NCBI GenBank assembly: GCA_014905635.1
Contig: JABVCE010000009.1
Coordinates: 124,001-188,000 of the forward strand
Origin: Scenedesmus sp. PABB004
Lineage: Eukaryota
Length of the DNA: 64,000 nt
Reading direction: 5' to 3'
The notes beneath the pieces were generated by a model. That model saw only the letters and a program-made list of their open reading frames with translations. It was not told where the DNA came from and did no database searches. Shown in pieces: positions 49,696-62,417 of this stretch (position 1 is the stretch's first letter; each line of letters begins with the position of its first letter). A program made the position numbers and the translations under genes.

Positions 49696-52600
49696 ATGAG
49701 CGCGCGGGCTCGCCCGGCGCACCCGGGCGGCGGGGCCGCGCCGTTGTCGTGGCGGCAGCAGCGCGCCCTTCCGCGGCCCGCCGCCGCCGCCGGCGGCCTT
49801 GCCGCCGCCGCACGAGGCGCGGGCGGTCTGGCATGCCGGCGCGCCGTGCCCCTGGGCCGCTGCGCGGCGCCGCCGCGCGGCCGGCGGGGCGGCGTCGCAG
49901 CGGCCGCGGCGCGCCCCGGTGTGTCGCGCGGCGCGGAGCGGCCGCGCAGCGGCGGTGGCGGCAGCAGCGGCAGCGGCAGCAGCTCCGAGGAGGAGCCGGG
50001 GCTGGACCCCGCCAACATCTGGGCGCCCGTGCCGCCCACGCCGGCGCTCGGGCGCAAGCGCAAGGTCGCCCTGCTCGCGACGGCCGCGTTCGTCGAGCTG
50101 AGCCTCACCGGCGCGCTCGTCTGGTCGCCGCTGCTGGGCGTCATCGCGCTGGCGCTGCTGCAGCCGACGCGCGCCGAGATCGCGGCGCGCCAGGAGGCGG
50201 CGGTGGAGCAGGCGGTCGCGGCGGAGCAGGTGCGCAGCCCCCGTGCCGCCTCCTGCCCCACCCCGGCGCAGCGGCTCACCCCGCCACTCGCCCCCTCCCC
50301 CACACCCCTGCCGCCGCGCCCGCCGCGCCGCGCAGCTGCGCATGCTGCGCCGGCTGCCCGTGACGCCCGTGGAGAGCGCGGCGTGGATGAATCGGCTCAC
50401 GCAGGAGATGTGGGCGCCCTTCCTGCAGCCCTTCCTGCTGGCCAATAACCTCAGCATGTGGCAGGTGGGGCGGGCCCGCGCCGCGCGCGCGCTGCGCTGT
50501 GCTGCGCGGCGCGCAGCCGGCGGCAGGCGGCGGCCTGCGCGCGCCTGGGTGCCCCTGTGCGCGCGCAGCGCGGCGCGCCGACCGCGCCGCGCCGCCGCGC
50601 CGCGCCGCGCAGGACACCGTCACGGCCGCCGCGCCGCGCGGCTGGGAGGTGCAGATCGCCGACGTCAGCATCGGCACGACTGCGCCGGAGCTGGGCGCGC
50701 TGCAGGCGTTCGCCGACCCCGCGACCGGCGCGGTTACGGCGGTCGACGCGCACATGGCGTTTGCGAGCGACAGCGTGCGCGTCGTCGTGGTCGGGCGGGG
50801 GCCGCTCGGCGCGTTCACCGCACGCGTGTCGGGCGTGCGCATGGAGGGTGCGCCGGCGGCGCGGGGCCGGGGCCGGGGCTCGCGCGCGGGCGCGTGGCGG
50901 CGAGGCGCGGCCCTGACGCGCGCCGCCGCCGGGCGGCCGCCCGCGCTGCGCTGCGCTGCGCTGCGCTGCGCAGGCCAGCTGCGCATCACGCCGGTGCTGC
51001 AGCACCGCATGCTGCTCGTGGCCTTCACGGAGCAGCCGCAGGCGCGGCCCGCGAGGCGCGCCCGGCCTCGGACGCTGCGGCAACGCGGCGCGCCCTCACC
51101 CCCTCGCGTGCGCCGCAGGTGCGCGTGAGCCTGAGCGTGAGCGCCCCGCTGTTCAAGGCCTCGCTCACGCCCGGCGACCTGGGGCAGCTCGACTTCATCC
51201 AGGCGCGGCGCGGCCGCCGCGCCCGCGCGGGGCCGCCGCGGCGGCGGCGGCGCCGCTGCGGCGGCGGCACCGCCGTTGCTGCGCGCGCCGCACGCGCGAC
51301 GCCGCTGCCGCCGCTGTGGGTGCGCGCGCGCAGGGCCTGCTGGGCGCGGCGGTGAAAGACCTGCTAGTCGAGCCGCGCCGCATCGCCGTGAGCCTGGACG
51401 CTGAGATGCGAGTCGAAGAGGTGCGCCGGCGGGGCTGAGCCGGCGGCGCAGCGGCCGCGTGGTGCCGGCGCGGCGGCCGCGGCGCGCGCCCTCATTCCCC
51501 GCCCCACGCGCGCGCGCGCAGGCGGTGGCCACCACGCTGCACCTGACGGTCGAGAGCATCCAGGGCCTGCCGCCCGCGCCGCTCGGCCCCACGGGCAGCG
51601 CCGGCACGGCGCAGCGCGCGGGCGCCGCCGGCGCCGGCGGCAGCCCGCCGCGGCGACCCCCGGGGTCGGGCGCCGGGCCGCGCATCGCACTGGTGGCGAT
51701 CGACACCCTCACCAAGTGACCGCGCGCGCCGCGGGCGCCCGCGGCGGCCCGCGCCCCGCACTGCCCCAGCTGCGGCGCGGCCCGGCGCGCGCCCCCGCGT
51801 GCCCACGCGCCGCCGCCGCCGCCGGCCGCAGGGTCCGGCGCGCCACGCCGGCCGCCGCGCCTGCGGGCGCGCGGCGCTCCGTGGCGCTGCGGCAGGGGCT
51901 GTCGCTGGACCTGCCGCGCAAGCAAGGCATCTTCCGGCTCGAAGCGCGCGACATGAGCAGCGGGCGCGCGGGCCGCGGCGCGCTGCTCGGCCACTGCCAG
52001 CTCTGGGTCGCGGCGGCGCGCGACGGCACGACGCTGTTTTGGTCGCACGATCGGTGCGCGCCGCCGCGTCCGCGCTGCTCTTGCGCCGCCCGCGCTGCGC
52101 CGCTCGCCCGCCCGCCCACGCCCGCACCGCGCCGCCGCCGCCGCCGCCGCACGCCGCCGCCGCACGCCGCCGCGGCACGCAGGCTGGGCGCGCCGCTGGC
52201 CATGCGCTGGGCGCCCAACGAGGCGCCCTGGCGCGTCACCCTGCCGATGATCAGCAGCACCCCCGGCTGCGCCGGCCTCGAGGCGCGCGCGCTGCTGCCT
52301 GCGCGCCGCGCCGCGGCGCCCGCGCGCCCGCCCCGCCTCCGAGCGCCGCCGCCGCTGCTGCCGCCCCGCCGGCGCAGGTCGCGCTGGGCGTGAGCGTCGA
52401 GCCGTGGGCCTACCAGCAGCCGCGCGCCGGCACCGTGGGCCACCGCTCCGCGGGGCCGCGCGCCGTCGTCCTGCAAGTCGTGGAGGGTGCGCCGGCGGCG
52501 CGGCGCGCGGCGGCCGGCCGCCGCCCCAGCCCGCACGCAGCCCGCGCGCGCCGCACCGCGCCCACCCACCCTCGCGCGCCCGCCCGCCGCGCCCCGCCCG

Positions 52601-55097
52601 CAGCGCGCGGGCTCTCGCTGCCCGGCGGCGCCGGCGGCACGCACGTGCAGCTCTGCTACGACGGCGAGTGCCACGCGACGGCGTGCCAGTTTGGCAGCGG
52701 CAGCCCCATCTTTTGCGAGCTCTTTGCCCTGCAGGAGAGCCCCAGCCCACTCGCGCGGCGCATCAAGCTGGAGGTGTGGCATGATGTGACCGGCAGCGAG
52801 GGCGCGGCGAGCGGCGGGAGCGGCCCCAGCGGCGGCGCGGCGGCGGCGAAGGTGCCGGTGTCGGCGGCGGGCGCCGCCAGGGCGCGGCCGGGCGTGAGCG
52901 CGCGCGCGCGCGCGGCGCTCGCGGGCAGGGCGCCGCGCGCCGGCGCGCTCGGCAGCCGCGACGGCCGGCTGCACTTTGCGGGCCGCGGCGGCAGCCCCGC
53001 GGCGCGCGGCGGCGCCAGCCCGGCGGGCAGCCGCGACGGCGCGGGCCGCGGCGGCGGCGCGGCGGCGCACCGCCTGCCGGACGCCGGCGCGGACGGCGGC
53101 GCCGTGCCGTCGTCGCACCGGCTCGCCGAGCTGGAGCCCGAGAGCGAGCCGGACGAGCCGGACGTGCTGGCGTCCCACATGCTGGTGGACGTGGAGCTCG
53201 AGGACGAGGACGGCGCCGGCGACGCAGCCGCGGCGCTTGCGGGCGGCGGCGCGCCGCGCGCCGGCGGCGCCGCGAGCCCCGCCGCCGCCGGCGGCGGCGG
53301 CGACGCAGGCGGCGGCGGCAGCGACGGCGGCGGCCTGAGCCTGGGCAGCGCGGTGGTCAACCTGGACCAGCTGAGCGAGAGCGTCATCCAGGACCGCTGG
53401 TTCGCGCTCAGCGGCGCCGAGGGCGGCGAGGTGCGGCTGCGCCTCGCGCTCGTGCCGGGCAGCCTCGCCGGCGGCGGCGGCCCCGGATCCGGCCCGGCGG
53501 GCGGCGCCGGCACGGGCGCGGCGGACGGCGGCGACCTGCCGGAGATGCTTTCGTTCTTTAGCAAGAGCCTGCAGGGCTCCAGTCGGGACAGCGTGCTGGT
53601 CGAGGTGCGGCCCGCGCCCGCCGCGCCTGCTGCGGCGCCGGCCGCGGCGCGCGCGCGCGCGCGCGCGCGTGCGCGCGGCCCGCCGACGCCGCCGACGCCG
53701 CCGACGCCGCCGCCCGCGCGCCCAGGTGCTGTCGGCGCGGCTGTTCCTGCCGCTGTCGTCAATGGACAGCTCAGACGTCGACCAGCCGGCCTATGTGCTC
53801 AGCTATAACGGCGCGTCAACCGTCACGCTGCCGCCGCACCTCCAGCCGGGCTTCACGCCGCCGCGCGCCGGCGCGGGCGGCCGGCGCGGCGGCAGCGGCG
53901 GCGGCGCCAGGGGCCGCGGCGGCGGCAAGGGGCGGCGCCTGTTCGAGGGCGTGCGCCCGGGCAGCGTGTCGGCGCAGATCGCGCCGCGCAGCGGCCTCGC
54001 GCGCGCGGTCTTCCCCTCGCTGCGCTGCAGCCCGCGCTGGCGGCGGTCGCGGCGGAGGCGGCGGCCAACGTGGCGGCCCTGCCGCCCGCCGGCGGCAGCG
54101 ACGCCGGCGGCGACGCCAGCGCCGGTGACGACGCCAGCGCCAGCGCCAGCGCCAGCGCCGCCGGCGGCGGCGGCGACGCTGCAGAGCAGGACGCGTCGGC
54201 GGCGCTGGCGGCCGCGGTGGGCGCCGCGGCGGCTGCCCGCACGGCCGCGCCCAGCCCCGCCGGCCAGCGCCACGCCCCGCCGCCGCCGCCGCTGGGGCCG
54301 CTGCTGCGCGTGCTGCTGTACGACCCCGAGGAGCTCACGCCGCCGGCGGACCAGCACAGCGGCAGCGGGCTGCCCGACGCGGCGGAGGACATCGGCAGCG
54401 CGTCGGTGGACGTGTCACGGCTGCTCGCCGCGGCGGGCGCGAGCGCAGACGCCGCGGCGCCTGGCGGCGACGGCGCGGACGCGCCGACGGCGGCCGTCGC
54501 GTCCTGGGAGGGCTGGGTGCGGCTGGACAAGGTACGGGGCACCGACGCCAGTGGCCGCAGCGCAGCCCGGCCAGCGCGCGTGGCGCCGCCGCTCACGGCT
54601 GGCCTCCCGCGCCACCCTCCCGCGCCGCAGGACGGCGGGCACGTGCTGGTGCGCCTGACGCAGCTCCCCGCGAGCGAGCCGGTCGACCTGGTGCCGCCGC
54701 CGTCGAGCAGCACCCTCGCTGGCATCGCCGACGACGCGGCGGCCAGCCCCGCCGGTGGCGCCAGGCCCGCACCGGGCGCTGCGGGCGCGGCAGCGGCGGC
54801 GAGCGCGGCGGTCGCCGGCAGCAGGGGTGGCGCCGGCGACAGCAGCAGGGGCGCCGACCTGTCAGCCCAGGTCGGCGGCCTTATCAAGCAGGCACAGAGC
54901 CAGGTGGGTGGGTCTGCGTACGGGAGGCGAAGGGCCGTGCACTCGGCCCTTCCGTGCGGCGGCGGCTTGGGCGGCGCGCCGCTGAGCCTGCCACGCCGCA
55001 CTCCGCAGGCAAGCGCCGCTGCCGTCCAGCTCAACGACGCTGCGGCACTGGCCGGGAGCTGGTGGAGCGCTAACGTGCCGTCCTGGCTGGGCGGCGC

Positions 55098-55147
<50 letters not shown>

Positions 55148-55974
55148 GCGGCAGCAGCAGCAGCAGCAGCAGCAGCGGCGGCAGCAGCAGCAGCAGCAGC
55201 GGCGGTGGCGCGAGCAGCGGCGGCGGCGACGCCGCCACGCCCCCGGCGGCGGACGCCCAGCAGCAGCGAGAGCAGGCACGCGCAGGACCGGGCGTCGAGA
55301 CAGCCGCGGCGCAGGGCGGGGAGCGTGAAGACACGCTGCAGCAAGAGAAGAGCCAGGGCGCTCCGCCGGCGGCGCCCTGGTGGGACTGGAGGCAGGCCGC
55401 GCGCTCGCTGGGCTGGAGCGCGGGCGGCCCCACGGCGTCGTCCGCGCCGCCGCAGCAGCAGCTGGCGCAGCAGCGGCCGGCGGAGGGCGCGCCTGGGCAG
55501 GAGCCGCCGCGCCAGCAGGCGGCACCCGGGCAGGCGGCGGCGCCGGGCGTGCGGGCGGTCGGTGGCGGCACGGCGGGCGGCAGCGGCGCCGGCGTGCAGC
55601 GGCAGCGACAAACGCTGCTGCTGGATGCCATCGCGGGCAACGGCAGCGCCATTGTGCACAACACTGGCAGCGGCGGCCGCGGCGGCGGCGACGGCTCGGC
55701 AGAACAAGCAGGCGGCGCGCCCAGCGGCGACCGAGTGCCGGCGGGCTCCGCGCCGGGCCCCCAGCCCGGCGCGGCGGCCGGCGCGGCGGCGGCCGGCGCA
55801 GCAGCCGCTGCCGCTGCCGCCGCCGCCGGGCCGGTCAGCCACCCGCTGCAGCCGGGCAGCCACCCACTGCAGCCGGGCAGCCACCCGCTGCAGCCGGGCA
55901 GCCATCCGGTGCCGGCAGACGCGTGGAGCTACGACGGGGGCGACGCGCCCGCAGCGGAGGAGGAGGAGCTTTGA
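49696..55974 (+). CDS. Membrane-anchored SMP + multiple C2-domain protein (synaptotagmin/NTMC2-like), probably organelle-targeted; many exons
   Basis: TM segment LALLATAAFVEL..LLGVIALALL, SMP start VESAAWMNRLTQEMWAPFL, C2-like AVVLQVVE..PIFCELF..IKLEVWHD and LGSAVVNLDQL..DRWFALSGAEGGEVRLRL, followed by a low-complexity C-terminus. Confidence 0.75.
55098..55200 (+). repeat. (AGC)n trinucleotide tract encoding poly-Ser
   Basis: Directly visible. Confidence 0.95.
55836..55908 (+). repeat. 21-bp coding tandem repeat (SHPLQPG x3.5)
   Basis: cagccacccgctgcagccggg repeated. Confidence 0.9.
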
Positions 55975-56413
55975 GGCGCAGCGGCGCGGGGCGGCGGCGC
56001 GCGCAGTGCGCGCAGTGGGCGCGGCGCCCCGCAGTGCGCACCGGGGGAGCGGGCTGCAGCGTGGGGTGTGTGGGGTCATCGCGTTGGATTTTGCATTGCG
56101 CTGGCTCGGGCGGCGCCCGCGTGCCGCAATGCACGCGGCGCGGTCCGCCGTCGGCGGCGTGGGCGTCCCGGCCAGCCGCTGATCTGGGCGGCCGGGCGCA
56201 CGAGGGGGCCGCGCGGTCCCAGAAAACAGGAGTTGCCAGTGGCCTGACTGCGCTGAGCGTGCAGCGCCGCGACCAGCACGTGCGACCACCCCGCGGCCGC
56301 TCCTCGCGTCGCGCACTCGCTCGCGACCAGCGCGCCTGCCGCGACGCCCCGCTGCAACGCTCTCCCCTGCCGCCGCGCAGCACGCCGCCCCGCGCGCTGC
56401 CTCTTCGGCCCCC

Positions 56414-58689
56414 CTACTTGGCCTTGGCGCGGCCCTTGGCGGCGGCCGCCTTGGGCGCGGCGGCGGCCTTGGCGGGCTTGAGGTTGGCGTGGAACAGCTC
56501 GTCCGCCTTGCGCAGCCGCTCCAGGCGCAGCCGCTCGTCCTTCAGGAATGCGTCGGTGTCGTCGCCGCGCAGCTCCTTGCTGAACGGCAGCAGCGGCAGC
56601 GGCGCCGGCGGCGGCGCTAGGCCGCCGCCGCCGCCGCCGGGGTCGCCCTTGCGCCGGAAGGCCTTGAAGTTGGGCGGGCCCGGCGGCGGCGCGGCGGCGG
56701 CGGCGGCGCCGCTGCCGCGCCGCCCGTGCGCCTGCCGGCCGCGGTGGTGCGGCTGCTGCTGCTGCTGTGCCGCCGCCGGCGCCACAATGAGGGGCTTGAT
56801 GAAAATGCCCTGCCCCACCGCCGTGACCTGCGCCGCGGGCTGCTGCGCCGCAGCAGGCTGCGCGCCGCGGCCGCCGCGCGCCGGGTGCGCCCCCTCCTGA
56901 AGCGCCGGGCCCAGCGGCTGCGTCTGGCGCGGCGTGTGGTGGTGCCAGCCCTCGCCCGGCGGCGGCTCGGCCGCGGGCACCGGCAGCGCCGCCGGCGCGG
57001 GCGGGTCATCAAACACAGTGTCGTCGTCCTCCTCCGCCGCCGCCTCTGCGGCTGCCGCCGTCTTGCGGCGCTTGCGCGCGCTCGGCGGCGACGCGGCGGC
57101 GGCGGCCGCCGCCGCGTCGCGCTTGGCGCCGCGGCCCTTGCCCGGCGTGCTGGCCTGCAGCTGCAGCGGCGACTTGGCGGCCTTGCGGGGCGACTTGGCC
57201 GCAGCCTTGCCGGGCGTGCCTGCGGCGCGGCGCGCGGCGAGTGAGCGGCGCGCCTGCTGCGGCCGCGCCCGCCGCCGCGGCCCGCGGCCGCCGCCCGCAC
57301 CAGCCGCCTGCGCGCGCCGGCTGTGCACGACCGGCAGCACCGGCTCTAGCTCCTGCTCGCCCAGCGGCTCGTCGCCCTCGCCCGTCTCGGTCTCCTCCAC
57401 CTCGGTGTCGTCCTGCGAGCTGCTGGCCAGGGCCCGTGCCCCCGCGGGCTTGGCCGCCGCCCGGCGCGCCGGCGACGCAGCCGCCGCCTGCAGCGGCGCC
57501 GTGTCGCCCGTCGCCATCGCGCGCAGCAGCTGCTGCTCGCTGACCGCCGCGAGCGCGCCGGCGGCGGCGCCGAGCGCGGGCAGCACCAGCAGCGCCGCGC
57601 GGCCGCCGGCCGCAGCGGCGCGCTGCTCCTTTGCCGCCTGCGCGGCGGAGGGCGCCGCCGCCTTGACCGCGACCTGCGCACCGAGCGCGCGCGCCGCGTC
57701 CGGCAGCGACTCGTCCGAGCACTGCGCAAAGACGAGGCTGAACGGCGCCAGCAGCTCCGCCGGCGGCGCGCGCCAGGACGCCAGCACCAGCTCCGCCGCG
57801 GGCTCGCCCCCCGGCTGCGCCGGCAGCGCGAGCGCGCGCGGCGCAAACGCCTCGGCGTCGGGCAGCGCGCCCGCGTGCGCGCGCGCGCCCGCCAGCGCCG
57901 CCAGCCAGGCCGGCGTGACGAGCGGCACGCGCTGGAGCAGCGCCGCGAGCGCCGCGCCGGTGAGGCGCCCGCCGTCACGGACGAGGCAGTGCGTCGTCGC
58001 GTCGCCGACGCGGCGCGCGAGCTCCGCGCCCGCGGCCGCCGCCGCGGCGCCCGCGTCGGCGTCGCCGTCGGCGTCGCCCGTCACGCACAGCGCGAGCGGG
58101 ACCTGCTGCAGCTTGTAGCGCGCCTTGGTGCCGAAGCGCAGCGTGTCGCCGAGCCCGAGCGGCACCGCCTCGTTCGGGGGCAGCTGCTCCTCCTCGCCGC
58201 CGCCGGCGCGCCGGAGAAAGGTGCCATACTTGCTCGCCGAGTCTGGCATGGGTGCGCATCGGCGGCGGCGGCGCGGGCGGGCCTCGGCGCCGGGCGGGCG
58301 CCCCGCGCGGCGGCAGCGGGCACAGCGCGGCAGCGGGCAGCGCTGGCCGCGGCTGTCGGCTGCGCCACGGCTGGCGGCCGCGCCGCGGCTGGCGCCAGGG
58401 GGCCCGGCCGCCACGTCGGGGCCGGCGCACAGCGCCGCGCACCCGTGATCGCGACGGCGCCGGGCTCGCCGCCGTGCGCCGCGCCGACCGCGAGGCTGGC
58501 GTGCAGGGAAGACACGCTCGACTCGTTGTGAATCAAGACGTCTGCCTTGCCCGTGGTGCCGCCCTTCTTGGCGGGGCGGCCGATCGTGACGCTGGCAGTC
58601 AGGAACAGCGGCGGGTTGGCCAGGCCGCCGCCGCCGCCGCCGCCCTCCTTCTGGCTGCCGGACGGCACCAGCGGCGAGAGCACCCACAT
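56414..58689 (-). CDS. NBS1: Nibrin / NBS1 (MRN complex): FHA + BRCT + C-terminal MRE11-binding motif
   Basis: FHA VTIGR..ADVLIHNESSVSSLHA..|DSASKYGTF..GDTLRFG, BRCT TTHCLV..ALLQRVPLVTPAWL, PNFKAFRRK, and terminal ERLRKADELF. Confidence 0.88.
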
Positions 58690-58963
58690 GCCGGCGCCCC
58701 GCGGTCGAGGGCGCGGACGGAGAGGCGCCGGCGCGGCGGCGGCGCGGCGCGCGGCCGGCCGCTGCTGTTCGTGGCGCGCGCCGCTGCCTGCGAGCGGTCG
58801 GCGGTCTCTCTGTGGCTGGCGGGCGGGCAGACACCACCACCTGGGACTGGGACTCGGCGAGAGCTGTCACGACCACGCGCCGCACAGTCGGCGGTCTGGG
58901 CGCGCAGAAGCGCTTTACCGAACCGCGCGGCATGCGCCGCGCCGCCGCAGCTGCACCGCGCGG

Positions 58964-61900
58964 TCAGGCGCTGCCCACCGCCACCGCGGCCTCCGCCGCC
59001 GCGCGGCGCTCGGCCGCGGCCGCGGCGGCCGCGGCGCCGGCGGCGGCTGCCTCGGCGCCCGCCGCGCGGCGGCGCGACACCTCGAGGTGCAGCAGCAGCG
59101 CCGCGACGTCGGCGGGGCTCACGCCGCCGATGCGGCCCGCCTGCCCGATGTCGGCGGGCCGGAACTTGGCCAGCTTCTCGCGCGCCTCCAGGCTGAGCGT
59201 GGGGATGGCCGCATAGTCGAGGTCGGCCGGGATCTTGCGCCCCGCCTTGGCCGCGAGCTGCGCGAGCTGCTTCTCCTGCCGCGCGATGAAGCCGGCGTAC
59301 TTGATGTCAATCTCGGCCGCCTCCGCCTCGGCCGCGCTCAGCGGCGGCGCGCCCGGCGGCGGGCCGTGCCCGTGCGCGCACAGCAGGCCGTGGTGCACAT
59401 GCGGGCGGCGCAGCAGCTCCTCGAGCGTCGCGCCGCGCGCGAGCGGCTGCCCGCTCGCGGCCGCGACGGCGGCCGCGAGCGCGCTCGTCTCGCTCACACG
59501 CGTCGCCGCGAGGCGCGCCTTCTCCTCCTCCACGCGCGCCTGCTTGGCGCTGAACGCCGCCCAGCGCGCGTCGTCGATGAGGCCGAGCTCGCGCCCCAGC
59601 GGCGTGAGCCGCCGGTCCGCGTTGTCCGAGCGCAGCAGCAGCCGGTACTCGCTCCTGCGCGGGCGCGGGCGCGAGGTCGGCGCGCGCTGCGGGCCGGCCC
59701 CGCCACGCGCGCGCGCGCGCCGCCGCCGCCGCCGCCGCAGGCCGTCGCAAGCGCAAGCCGCCGCCGCTGCGCGGCCGCCGCGCCTGCTGGTGAGCATGCG
59801 GTATGGCTCGCGCAGGTCCTTGGTCACGAGGTCGTCCAGCAGCGTGCCGACGTAGCTGCTGTCGCGCGGCAGCGTGACGGTCGGCCGTCCCTGCGCGACG
59901 CGCGCGGCGTTGAGCCCCGCGACGAGCCCCTGCGCCGCGGCCTCCTCGTAGCCGGTCGTGCCGTTGAGCTGGCCGCTGAAGAAGAGGCCGGCGATGCGCT
60001 TGGTCTCGAGCGACGCGTGGCACTGGTGCGCGGGCAGGTAATCATACTCCACAGCGTACGCGGGGCGCAGCATCGCGACGGACTCGAGCCCCGGCAGCGT
60101 GCGCAGCAGCGACAGCTGCAGCCGCTCCGGGAGGCCCGTCGAGAAGCCCTGCGCCGCGGCGGGGCGAGGGGGCGCGCGCGTGGGCGCGCCGCCGCGCGGG
60201 CGGCGGCCAGCACGCCCCGGCCGCTGTGACACGAGCGCGCGCGCGCACGCACCTGCACGTAGAGCTCGGGCGTGGTGCGGCCCTCGGGCTCCAGGAAGAT
60301 CTGGTGGCTCTCCTTGTCGGCAAAGCGCACAATCTTGTCCTCGATAGACGGGCAGTACCTGGACGCACAGCCACGCGGCGGCGGGGGCCCGCCCCGTCGG
60401 CCGGCTGGCCGCGGTGCTGCCGCGCCGGCGCGCGCGGTGCCGCACGCATGCGGGGGCGCCGGGCGGCCCGGCCTGGCGCCGCGCGCACCGCGGGCCGTGC
60501 GCGTCGACCCAGCCGCCATACACGGGCGTCTCGGCGAGGTTGTCCCGGATGAGCGCGTGCGTGGCGGGCGTGGTGTGCGTGAGGTAGCAGGAGAGCTGCG
60601 GCCGCGGGACGTGCACGCTTGGGTCAAAGCTGAACCAGCGCTCCTCCTCGTCGCCTGGCGCCGCGGCGGCGGCGGCGGGGCGGCTCGCCGTCAGGGCGCG
60701 CAGCGCAGGGAGCCGCGAGCGGCGCCCGCGCAGAGGGGCCCGCCCAGCGCCGCGCCCGCGCGCACCGGGCTGCTCCTCGAGGCCGGCAAAGTTGACGGTG
60801 CGGCTGTCGACGCGCGCGGGCGTGCCGGTCTTGAGACGGTCCGTCTCAAAGCCCAGCCCCACGAGCGCCTCGGTCAGGCCCGCGCTCGGCGCCTCGCCGG
60901 CGCGGCCCGCCGCCATGGACGCGCGGCCGACCCAGATGCGGCCGTTCATGAAAGTGCCTGCCAAGCCGGCGGCCAGGCCGTGCGGGGCGGGCCGGGCGTT
61001 TCGGCGGCGGCGGCTGGCCCGGCGGCGGCGCGCGGGACGGCGGGCCCGCGCACCCGTGGTGAGCACGACGGCCCTGGCGGCAAAGGTCATCCCGAAGAAC
61101 GTGGTCACGCCGCGGACCTCGTCGTTGGGGCCGACGTCGAGCCCCGTGACCATGGCCTCGCGGATCCACAGCCCCGGCGTCGCCTCGAGCACGCGGCGCA
61201 TCTCGGCCGCATACTCGTGCTTGTCCGTCTGCGCGCGCAGCGCCCACACCGCGGGGCCCTGCGGCCGGCGGCGCGCGGGCGGCGGGCGGCGCCGCGTCGG
61301 GGGCGCGCGGGCGGGCGCCCGCGCCGCCAGCGCGCGCCGCCGTTCGCGCCGCTGCGCCCCCGCCGCCGCGCGCCAGCCGGTCCGCGCCTTTGAGCGGTTG
61401 AGCACGCGCTTCTGCAGGTAGCAGCGGTCGGCCATGCGCCCGATCTCGCCGCCCATCGCGTCGACCTCGTGCACGAGCTGGCTCTTCGCGGGCCCCCCGA
61501 CCGCGGGGTTGCAGGGCTGCCAGGCGATGCGGTCGAGGTTCAGCGTGAGCAGCAGCGTGCGGCACCCCATGCGCGCCGCCGCGAGCGCGGCCTCGCAGCC
61601 CGCGTGGCCCGCGCCGACGACGATGACGTCGTACACGTCCTCCGGCGCGGCGCCGCCGCCCGCCGGCGGCGCCGGCGCCGGCGCGGCGGCGCTGCTGCTG
61701 AACGGCGCCGCGGCCGCGCCGCCGGGCTGCTGCGGCGCGGCGACCGGCGGCGGGGAGGTGAGGCGGCGGCGGGAGGTGAGGGCAGCGGCGGCGGCGCGGC
61801 GGCCGGTGCGGGCGCGGCCCGCGCCCCCGGCCGCCGCTGGCCGCCGCTGGCCGCAGCAGCAGCCAGCGCCTCGCCGCCGCGCGGCCGCTCACCGCATGCG

Positions 61901-62165
61901 CGCGCGCGGCGGCGCCCGCGCGTCCGGGCGCGCAGCGGCTGCTGGTGGAGGCGGGGCCGCCGCGGCTGGCCACGGGGAGGCGCGGGGAGAGGCCGACTGC
62001 TGCCGCGGCCGGGCTGCCGGCGCCGCGGCGGCTCGGGGCCTGCTGCAGGCAGCGCAGCGCCATGGGCGTGCTGCTGGGCGACGGAACGGCGACGCACGCG
62101 GCGCGAGCCGGCGCGGTGGCCGCGGTGGCGAGCAGGCGCGGCGCGGCGCGCAGTGCGGCCAGCAT
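58964..62165 (-). CDS. mnmG: tRNA uridine-5-carboxymethylaminomethyl modification enzyme MnmG/GidA, organellar (likely plastid); multi-exon
   Basis: [80 protein letters not shown] and [14 protein letters not shown], preceded by an N-terminal transit peptide. Confidence 0.97.
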
Positions 62166-62417
62166 GCGCCTGGGCCGCGACGCGTGCGCGGGTGCGGTCG
62201 CCGGGGCCACTGGCGCGAGCGCGGTGCCGGCGCGGTGGCGGCGGGCGGCAGCGGCGGCGCAGCGGCGGCGCAGCGGCGGCGAGAGCCCTGCGCGTGCGGC
62301 GCACGCCCGGGGCGGCGCCTGCTCACGGGCCGCCACAGCTCCCCTGCTGAGCGTGCCCGCATGGGGACCGCCTGAGGAGCGGCGCGCGTCGGTCAACCGC
62401 CCGCGCCGCCAGCCTCG